In this document: positions 48,748 through 57,275 of the stretch, one piece after another
Numbering within the stretch: position 1 is the first letter of the stretch
Layout of the letters: each line of letters begins with the position of its first letter
Assembly (NCBI GenBank): GCA_963805365.1
Contig: CAWDTY010000011.1
Span: 988,760 to 1,052,759 of the forward strand
Source of the DNA: an uncultured Chitinophagaceae bacterium
GTDB lineage: Bacteria; Bacteroidota; Bacteroidia; Chitinophagales; Chitinophagaceae
DNA: 64,000 bases
Reading direction: 5' to 3'
Translations under genes and position numbers: made by a program
The notes under the pieces: generated by a model
What the model was told of the DNA's origin: nothing
Seen by the model: the letters and a program-made list of their open reading frames with translations, nothing else
The model's database searches: none

Positions 48748-51681
48748 ATGAAATTCAGGCTGCTTTTGTTGCTCTTATTATTTACTTCTTTTACAATTGC
48801 TCAAACGGGTAAAACTGAATGGCAGTCGGCCTCCAGCGGAGGTTACAGCTATAAAACAGTACTAGGCGACCCAATGAAAGCCCGCTTTTATACACTAAAG
48901 AATGGGCTTTCAGTAATTTTAAGCGTAAATAAAAAAGAACCACGCATTCAATCGCTGGTTGCTGTGAGATCTGGAAGTAACAGCGACCCGAGAGATCACA
49001 CCGGGCTTGCTCACTATCTTGAGCACGTGATGTTCAAAGGAACTGATAAATATGGAACGTTGAATTGGGCCAAGGAAAAGCCATTACTTGATAAAATCGA
49101 TTCCTTATATGAAAAATACAATCACACAACCGATACCACAGTGCGTGCAGCTATTTATCGGGATATAGATAAAACAAGTGGTGAGGCTGCCAAATTTGCG
49201 ATAGCGAATGAATATGACAAGTTGATGGCTTCTATGGGTGCAGAGGGAACGAATGCTTCTACCTGGTATGAATTTACAGTTTACACTGATGACATTCCAT
49301 CCTCTGCAATCGATAAATATTTAACGGTTCAGGCGGAACGCTTCAGAAATCCGGTGTTCCGTATTTTTCATACAGAACTGGAGGCCGTGTATGAAGAAAA
49401 AAATATAAGCCTCGACTCTGATCCTGAGAAAGTAGACGAACTAATGTATGCAACATTGTTCCCCACAAATAACTATGGTCAGCAAACTACAATCGGAACG
49501 ATTGAGCATCTTAAAAATCCATCGCTAAAAGCAATAAGGGATTTTTATAATAAGAATTATGTTCCCAATAATATGGCTGTGATAATGACCGGAGACTTTG
49601 ACCCGGACTATTTGATTAAAAAAATAGATCAGCATTTTAGTTATATGAAGTCGGGAAAGGTTTCAGACTATAATCCTTCCCCGGAAGTTCCAATAACAAA
49701 ACATGTTTACAAAGAAGTGTTTGGCCCTGATGCAGAAAGTGTGAATATGGCTTACCGGCTTTCGGGTGGTAACGATTTTAATTCATTTGTAAAAATGACC
49801 GCTTTAAAAAGTGTTCTCAGCAATGGAAAGGCAGGGCTTATTGATTTTGATCTTAATAAAAAGCAACAGGTGCTGAGTGCCAGGGCTTCTGTAAGTAGTT
49901 ATCGGCTTTATTCATTATTTGAACTAACAGGAAGGCCTAAGTCAGATCAAAGCCTTGAAGATGTGAAAGATCTTTTGCTAAAGGAAATGGCAAAGGTGAA
50001 GGCCGGAGATTTTGATGAACAGCTTATAAAGGCAGCAGCAGTGAATTACAAGCTGAATGAACTGCAGGGATTGGAGGATAACCAATACCGTGCTTATAAT
50101 TTATTCGACAACTTTATTTTGGATCGAAATAAATCGTGGGCACAAAAAGTTTCGATCAGTGAGTTATTGGGGAAGCTTACTAAGAAAGATTTGGTGGAAT
50201 TTGCGAATAATAATTTCGAAAATAATTTCGCCTGCATTTATAAAAAGAAAGGTGAAGATAAAGATGTAATAAAAGTAAGTAAGCCGCCAATTACGCCGGT
50301 GGAAATGAACCGTGAGGCACAATCTGGTTTCCTGAAAATGGTTGCGGCAATGCCCGCCATGAAAGTTCAGCCACAGTGGCTCGATTATGATAAGGACATT
50401 CAGAAAGCTAAAATCGGAAACACGCAATTGTTGTATGTTCAAAATAAAGACAACGATATTTTTCGCCAGAGTTATCGCTTTGAAATGGGAAATTTTAATT
50501 CCAAAATGTTGTCTATTGCATCACAATATCTGCAGTTTTTAGGCACCGATAAAAAAGATGCCGAAGAAATAAGTAAAGAGTTTTATTACCTCGGTTGCAG
50601 TTATAATCTAAATGTCGGCGATGAGTTTACTACCATATTTCTTACGGGCCTCCAGGAAAATATGGTAAAGGCTGATGATTTGCTGGAAGATCTTTTAGCA
50701 AATTGCCGGGCAGATGAAGATGCCCTTGCTGCATTGAAAGCGAGGATATTAAAGGGGAGGTCAGACAATAAGCTTAATAAAAGGGCCATCCTTTCCGGCC
50801 TGAGATCTTACGCAATGTATGGCGAAAAAAATCCATTCAATAACCAATTTACCAATGATGAATTGAATACATTAAAAGCTTCGGAACTTATAGATTTTTT
50901 ACACAACCTTACAAAGTATAAACATCTTATTATTTATTTTGGCCCGCTCACTTTGGATGATGCAACTGCTGCAATATCTAAGATTCACGAGTTACCTTCT
51001 GATTTTATTCCTTACCCTGCTTCAGATGAATTTAAGAAAATTGAGCAAACAAAGAATACGGTCTTATTTGCCGATTACGATATGGTTCAGGCAGAAATTG
51101 CATGGGTTCGAAATACGGTAAATTTTAATGCTGACAACGCTTCCACCGTGGAAGTATTTAACGAATATTATGGCGGAGGCATGGGTTCAATAGTTTTTCA
51201 AACCCTCAGGGAATCAAAAGCTTTGGCGTATAGTACCTATGCATTTTATTCTGTGCCATCAAAGGCAGATGATAAATATGCGGTAATTGGATACATTGGC
51301 ACACAAGCCGATAAACTTGATGAAGCAATAGCGGGTATGAATGACCTTTTTACCAATGTGCCCGAATCGCAGAAGGTTCTTGAAGTATCAAAATTGAGTA
51401 TTAAAAACCGGTACCAAACCGAAAGATACACTGAGGATGCGGTGATATATCAATACCTCGCGGACCAGAGATTAGGACTGAAAAGGGATTTAAGGAAAGA
51501 TGTTTATGACAATTTTGAAAAAATAAGCTTTGGTGATTTGCAAAATTTCGCAAGCAATAATATTTCTAATAAACCATACACCTATTGCATTTTGGCTTCA
51601 GAAAAAAAGGTTACGCCGGAAGCACTCTCTAAATATGGTGAAGTAAAAAAATTGAGCCTTGAAGAGATTTTTGGTTACTAA
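48748..51681 (+). CDS. M16-family (insulinase/pitrilysin-like) zinc peptidase, secreted
   Basis: Signal peptide, the inverted zinc motif HxxEH in 'GLAHYLEHVMFKGT', and a two-lobed 977-aa length. Confidence 0.85.
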   Translation: MKFRLLLLLLLFTSFTIAQTGKTEWQSASSGGYSYKTVLGDPMKARFYTLKNGLSVILSVNKKEPRIQSLVAVRSGSNSDPRDHTGLAHYLEHVMFKGTDKYGTLNWAKEKPLLDKIDSLYEKYNHTTDTTVRAAIYRDIDKTSGEAAKFAIANEYDKLMASMGAEGTNASTWYEFTVYTDDIPSSAIDKYLTVQAERFRNPVFRIFHTELEAVYEEKNISLDSDPEKVDELMYATLFPTNNYGQQTTIGTIEHLKNPSLKAIRDFYNKNYVPNNMAVIMTGDFDPDYLIKKIDQHFSYMKSGKVSDYNPSPEVPITKHVYKEVFGPDAESVNMAYRLSGGNDFNSFVKMTALKSVLSNGKAGLIDFDLNKKQQVLSARASVSSYRLYSLFELTGRPKSDQSLEDVKDLLLKEMAKVKAGDFDEQLIKAAAVNYKLNELQGLEDNQYRAYNLFDNFILDRNKSWAQKVSISELLGKLTKKDLVEFANNNFENNFACIYKKKGEDKDVIKVSKPPITPVEMNREAQSGFLKMVAAMPAMKVQPQWLDYDKDIQKAKIGNTQLLYVQNKDNDIFRQSYRFEMGNFNSKMLSIASQYLQFLGTDKKDAEEISKEFYYLGCSYNLNVGDEFTTIFLTGLQENMVKADDLLEDLLANCRADEDALAALKARILKGRSDNKLNKRAILSGLRSYAMYGEKNPFNNQFTNDELNTLKASELIDFLHNLTKYKHLIIYFGPLTLDDATAAISKIHELPSDFIPYPASDEFKKIEQTKNTVLFADYDMVQAEIAWVRNTVNFNADNASTVEVFNEYYGGGMGSIVFQTLRESKALAYSTYAFYSVPSKADDKYAVIGYIGTQADKLDEAIAGMNDLFTNVPESQKVLEVSKLSIKNRYQTERYTEDAVIYQYLADQRLGLKRDLRKDVYDNFEKISFGDLQNFASNNISNKPYTYCILASEKKVTPEALSKYGEVKKLSLEEIFGY

Positions 51682-51700
51682 GTTAGAAACACAATAAATA

Positions 51701-51735
51701 AAAAAACCGGCAGTCTTATTCTGCCGGCTTTTATT
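51701..51735 (+). terminator. intrinsic terminator
   Basis: CCGGCAG-tcttatt-CTGCCGG followed by CTTTTATTT. Confidence 0.7.
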
Positions 51736-51818
51736 TAGATTTATTAGAATCTTTGTTATAACTATTTAAACGCTACTCATTAAATAAAATTGTTCCTTTC
51801 GTAAAAGTGCCTGAAGCT

Positions 51819-52145
51819 CTAAGAGAATACCTGCAAAGGCATAAATGAGTATGGATCTATTGAAAACTGTTTTTCTAATTCTAAATGTATCTCACCCAAC
51901 TCAAGTTCTATGAATGAAGATCCTTCTCGTATTTCCCAGAGATATAGCTTTTTATTTACAGAATGTTGCTTGAATATCTCAGGAAGCATGGCGGGGAGTT
52001 GCCCATTCCAGCATGCTACTTCAAGCTTTTCTTTTTCACTCAAATGATTATAATTGATGCCATCGGTAGTTTGGGAAAATTCCTGAAGGGAAAAGCTCGT
52101 ACCTGTGCAGAGTAATATTTCCTGCTGTGTGAAATTTGTTTTCAT
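51819..52145 (-). CDS. hypothetical protein
   Basis: ORF with a likely start at 'MKTNFTQQEI'. No recognisable domain. Confidence 0.4.
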   Translation of the reverse strand: MKTNFTQQEILLCTGTSFSLQEFSQTTDGINYNHLSEKEKLEVACWNGQLPAMLPEIFKQHSVNKKLYLWEIREGSSFIELELGEIHLELEKQFSIDPYSFMPLQVFS

Positions 52146-52491
52146 AATTTCTAATTTTAAAAACATCTGATAATAAGACACCAAACTTTCGTTGTTGTAA
52201 TAGTCTTATCTCAAAATATTCTGTTAAATACTTTGATTAATATGTATAAAGAAATATAGGATTAATGATGCTGAAAATTACATTTTTGGGGATCCGGTAA
52301 TACCCCGGACAATGTAATTATGTAAGCTTAAAATTTCAAAAGATGATTGGTAGGCGTGGAGAGTTCAACGTGTGAGCGTAAAAGTATATAACATTTTTTT
52401 ATTTTGCAACGTCTCCGGAAAAAAATATTTATGGTTGAAAAAGAATGGCCGTGGCGGTTGAATTCATAAGTTGCATAGTATCAAATTTGCC

Positions 52492-52884
52492 TTAATGCTT
52501 TGGTTCAATGAGATCCCAAAGATTTCCATAAAGATCTGAAAATACCGCAACCTTTCCATAGCTCTCATTCACAGGCTCTCTTGTAAATAGAACACCTTTT
52601 GCCAACATATTTTCATAGTCTCTCTGGAAATCATCTGTATAAAGAAATAAGAAAACCCGCCCGCCCGTTTGATTTCCTATCCTGGAAATTTGTTCTTCAT
52701 TATCTGCTTTGGCAAGTAATAAATAGCATTCGCTTGCGCCGGTCGGAGCCATTAATACCCATCTTTTTTTTTCATCTAAGGCTGTGTTCTGGATAATTTT
52801 AAAGCCTATCTTTTCAGAATAAAACTTAATCGCCTCGTCATAGTCTTTCACTATTAAAGCAATGTGGGCTATTTTTTTGTTCAT
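52492..52884 (-). CDS. VOC-family (glyoxalase/bleomycin-resistance fold) protein
   Basis: 'IAHIALIVKDYDEAIKFYSEKIGFK' and 'FSDLYGNLWDL'. Confidence 0.8.
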   Translation of the reverse strand: MNKKIAHIALIVKDYDEAIKFYSEKIGFKIIQNTALDEKKRWVLMAPTGASECYLLLAKADNEEQISRIGNQTGGRVFLFLYTDDFQRDYENMLAKGVLFTREPVNESYGKVAVFSDLYGNLWDLIEPKH

Positions 52885-52899
52885 TAAATGGTATCTTTT

Positions 52900-54679
52900 T
52901 TATTTAACAGTAGCAGCCCAGCGATCCATTTTATTTTCTAAAGTGGTTAATGGCATACTCCCATCTTTTAATAACTCATCATGAAAATCTGAAAGTTTGA
53001 ATTTATTTCCCAGCTCTTTTTCATATTTTGTTCGCAATTCTTTTATTTTAAGAGCACCTATTTTATAACCAAGGGCCTGGCCTCCGCCTGACATATATCT
53101 TTCTATTTCGGCAGTAGCTCCCTGCAAACTTATTTGCTCATTGTCCATCATATAGTTTATGGCGTCCTCGCGGCTCATTCCCTTTGTGTGAATTGCTACG
53201 TCAACTACAAGCCTCACCGCCCGATGCATTTCATCTCCGAGCCCGCCCATATATTGATAAGGATCTGTGTAAAGGCCTAATTCTTTACCAAGGCTTTCAC
53301 AATACAGTGCCCACCCTTCTATATATGCATTAGAAAACACATCGTGCTGGCGTATCGCAGGGAGTTCTTTATTTTCGCGCTGAAGGCTTATCTGGTAATG
53401 ATGACCCGGAATGGCTTCATGAAGAAACAAGCTTTCCATGCCGCTTGTAATATTAAATTTAGTGGCGTCAATTATCGGAATGTAAAACACACCTGGCTTT
53501 ATATTGTCGGGTGATGCATTATATTCTGCGCTGGCAGATTCCTGTCGAAATGCTTCTGTTTGCTTTATTTCAAAAGGAGTGTTTGGTGTATGTCCAAACA
53601 TTTCTTTTAAATGAGGTTCCATGGTTTTATGAATTTTATGAAATGCATCCAGTACTTCCTGTGGAGTTTTATAGGGAGTAAATTTCGGGTCAGTTTGGAG
53701 GTATACAAAAAATGCTTTAAGGTCTCCTTTAAAGCCTACTTCATCTTTTACTTTTTCCATTTCCTTTCTTATACGTGCAACCTCGGTAAGGCCAAGAGCA
53801 TAAATTTCATCCGGTGTCTTCTCGGGTTGTTGTATTCAGGCGCACTTTCAACTTGTAATATTCAAGCCCTCCCGGTAAGCTGCTGTAGCCGCTGGTAAGT
53901 CTAGCTTTAGGAAGGTATTCTGCTTTAAGAAAAGTTGCCATCTTTAGATTCATCGGCACTACTTTTTCATTAATGGCCTTTACATATTTTGATGTAATTA
54001 AATTTTTCTCGCTGTCGCTAAAATTTGCAGGGAAATTATTTAATGGGCCATAGTATAAATTTTCTTTTGGATCGGATGTAACCATCGCCTCAAATTGAGG
54101 GATCATTTTTATTACAAGGGATTTTGGTAAAACAAAATTTTCTGCAGCACCCTTTTTGAAATAAACAATAGCACTATCAATCCATATATCAAAAGCGTCA
54201 ATACGTTTGAGCCAGTTATCGTAATCCTTAACGGTTTTAAAAGGTTGAGCACTGGTCCCACTGGCGAACTGACCCATTACGAGATGAACACCCCACATCT
54301 GGTCGGTTGGAATAAGGTTGAATTTGTAGTCAAATTCATGAATCAAAATGCTGTTATAGTATTCCAGAAAATCGTAACTGATCTTATCATTTTCATTAAG
54401 GTCTTCCCTTTTTACTTTATGCAAGTCGTTTAGCGTATTTGTATAGAAGTCTTTAATTTTTGTCCGATAACTATCGGTGAAATCTGCATAAAATTTATCG
54501 TTGTGGCTTGTGTCCCCATTCCATGTTGCTTCAATGGGGAACAGATTCATTCTTTCATTATAATAGTCTGCCATAATTTTTGCTAATTCTTTATTGTTGT
54601 CCGGAGTTTGTTTTTGATTGTTACTGTTACAACTAAAAAGAAGGGGAAAGGCTAATAAGGTAAAAATATATTTATTCAT
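52900..54679 (-). pseudogene. DUF885-family protein, split by a frame break
   Basis: The N-terminal ORF 53807-54712 (signal peptide, 'YYNERMNLFPIEATWNG') and the C-terminal ORF 52900-53760 ('FLHEAIPGHHYQ', 'YIEGWALYCE', 'ERYMSGGGQALGYKIG') are collinear parts of one DUF885 protein. Confidence 0.8.
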
Positions 54680-55066
54680 GGAAGTTAATTTATGGTAAAA
54701 TTTTAATGACATGGTGTGTAATTTAATTTATTTATTGAAGGCTTAATATTCTATTTCTATAGCATGTAAAATCTGATTTAACGATCTGCCAAAATGCTAA
54801 AATGTTTTTTTTATGTTGATTCTATAGTAATTCTGAAGTTTAGAAAGGGGCCATTAAATTTAAACATGTTATAGAGTTGTTATAGATATATTTTAACCTC
54901 CAAATGCAACTATTTATATTAAACCCTATATCTTATATTATGTCAAATATGTCGTAAGCAACGAAAATAATAATCAATAAATTAAAAGAATTATTAACAC
55001 ATACAAGCTATTTCTTTCTAAGCATATAGATTAAATTTGGTAACACAATTATTTAAAATCATAAAC

Positions 55067-56267
55067 ATGAAAAGTATAAATATCATAATTCTACTCTTTG
55101 TTTTTTCGGTCGGTTTATTTTCAAATGCTGAAGGGCAAAGACGCGGGAACAATGGTGGCCAGCGGGATAACAGGCAATCAGGCGTTTTCCAATCTCGTGT
55201 TCAGAGCGCTCCTCAAAGAACTTTTAATACTCCGGCACGAACCGAACGGAACCAATAACAATTCTTTCAATAACCAGCGTGTCACACCGATAAATAGTAA
55301 TACCGCAGCCAGGGCAAACCGACAAAATGCGTCGGGTAATAATATTGCAAGAGTCAATACCACCAGAAACCAACAGGTTGCTATTGAATCTCAAAGAAAC
55401 AATTCTACGTCGAGGGTACTTCCACGTTCCTCATCAGGCGTTGATCAGCAAAGAAGATATGACCGCGATCCCGTAAGAGGAAATAATAATTATAGAGATA
55501 ATAATAGTAATTACAGAAATAATAATAGGAATAATAATAACTACAGGAATAATAATAATTATAGAAACAATTCATACAGGAATGTTTCCTATAACAGGAA
55601 TTATTACTATAGGAGTGGGTACAATCGCCCTATTTATAGGATGTCCGGACCAAGATATAGCTACAGGCCATATAATTGTGTATCGGTATATTTTGGAAGT
55701 TATCCTTATTATTATTCAAGTGGCCTTTTTTATGATTACTACGGCGGATATTATCAGCCAATATTCCCCCCATTTGGAGTTCGTATTTCAACGCTTCCGT
55801 TTGGATATAGTCGTATTTATGTAGGTCTTAATCCCTATTATTATTATGGCGGAATTTTCTACAGACAATATGAAAATAATTATGAAGTAATAGATGCGCC
55901 TATGGGTGCTACCGTTAGCTCTTTGCCTGATGGTGCTAAATCTGTGATAGTAAATGGTGAGAAATTTTATGAACTGAATGGTACCTACTTCAAAGAGGAC
56001 AGGGATTCCAAAGGAAAGCGGGTGTATGTAGTGATAGGTAAAAATGGAGAGATCAATAATTCGTCTGAAGATGACAGCAATAATTTAGATGCTCCCCAAT
56101 CATTGCAATTGCAAAATGGGGATATCGTACCTCAGTTACCAGAAGGTTCTAAGGTGATAACATTGAATGGGGAGAAATTGTATGTAGCTCCGGATAATAC
56201 TTATCTGAAAGAAGAAACTGATGGAGATACCGTTCAATACCGTGTTGTAGGTAATGATGAAAAATAG
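55067..56267 (+). pseudogene. secreted Asn/Arg/Tyr-rich low-complexity protein with three C-terminal 'LPxG...NG.K.Y' repeats; one frame break
   Basis: Signal peptide 'MKSINIIILLFVFSVGLFSNAEG' (ORF 55037-55258), then ORF 55098-56267 with 'NNNYRDNNSNYRNNNRNNNNYRNNNNYRNNSYRN'. The repeats are 'STLPFGYSRIYVG', 'SSLPDGAKSVIVNGEKFYELNGTYFKE' and 'PQLPEGSKVITLNGEKLYVAPDNTYLKE'. Confidence 0.65.
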
Positions 56268-56307
56268 AGTATTCGTTCCTTTCTATAATATACGATTTGT
56301 ACATTTT

Positions 56308-56331
56308 AAGCCGGTAGATCCGGCTTTTTTT
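56308..56331 (+). terminator. intrinsic terminator
   Basis: AAGCCGG-tagat-CCGGCTT forms a 7-bp stem; its closing TT opens a T7 run. Confidence 0.75.
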
Positions 56332-56389
56332 GTGATAATGATTTTTAATAAATTCTTTTGTTCTAAAAGCGATTACCGCAAGTAACTAT

Positions 56390-56821
56390 TTATTTTTTTA
56401 GAAGTAATTGATTGAATTTTTTTAGCTCAGTATTCTCAGAAGCAGATAAAACCTCGTTGTTATCGTATTTAGCTTTTAGATATAATACTCTCTTGTGAAG
56501 TGGATATTTTAAAAGAATACCATCGATCATTTCACCTGCAATTTTATCCTTTTCAAACATCGGTGCATTTTCAGGTAGTTCTGATTTATATCTTGTCGGC
56601 ATCTTTTTAATAATTGCTTCGAGCGTACCTAATTTGCCCGGAGAAATATCTTCGATCTTTGAAGCTTTGCTATATAAGCCTTGCAATTGCTTTTTACTAA
56701 GGCTTCCCCGTTGCATATACTGCTTATAAAGGCTTATAATAAATGATGACACCGGGAAAGCAGTAATGCAATCTTCCAAAACAGAATTTATAATATCGAT
56801 TTTTGGCCTGTTGTTATTCAT
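56390..56821 (-). CDS. hypothetical protein
   Basis: 143-aa ORF with lysine-rich helical composition and no recognisable domain. Confidence 0.45.
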   Translation of the reverse strand: MNNNRPKIDIINSVLEDCITAFPVSSFIISLYKQYMQRGSLSKKQLQGLYSKASKIEDISPGKLGTLEAIIKKMPTRYKSELPENAPMFEKDKIAGEMIDGILLKYPLHKRVLYLKAKYDNNEVLSASENTELKKFNQLLLKK

Positions 56822-57275
56822 AATTGAAGAGAACCGTAAAATTAGTTTATTAGACAGTATACTTTTTGAAAAACCCGTTATTTTTTAGGGGTTTAAAAGA
56901 CCTCTTCATACTCCAGATGTTAATAATTGGAGTATCTCTTTTTCAACTATTCGCACAGGTTAGTTGTAAACTTGCACGAAAAAGACTACCTGGAACCATT
57001 CATGCTGGCAACTTTCCACATGAAATTATTTTTAAGCTAAACTGTGAGGTGTTCTAATCTCGTGAAATTTTCATGTATGCTATACTTAATTGACAAACAA
57101 AAAAATAATATTTGATGGATACTTGTTTATCTATTTAACATACTAATGAACAACATTGGCTTTCAGTCGTTATCATTTTGTAAATTTGCAATTCCATATT
57201 TTTTACTCGAGAAAAGCTAATGTTCCGGAATATCATTTCACCTTTTGTTGCACAGCGACGATAAACACAATTTCG

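Noticed and set aside
1-56267. Programmed ribosomal frameshifting as the explanation for the split genes
   Set aside because: There are too many sites in unrelated housekeeping genes, in both +1 and -1 directions. No shared slippery heptamer or downstream structure is evident. Single-base changes in short homopolymers restore the conserved proteins.
56866-57057. 63-aa ORF and hairpins (AAACCC..GGGTTT at about 56871-56894; ATACTCCA..TGGAGTAT at about 56909-56936, then CTCTTTTT) upstream of the third OMP gene
   Set aside because: The ORF has no protein-like features. The hairpins could mark a small RNA or a 5'-leader structure. There is no promoter box, no repeat copy and no conservation evidence that I can see, which is too weak to call.
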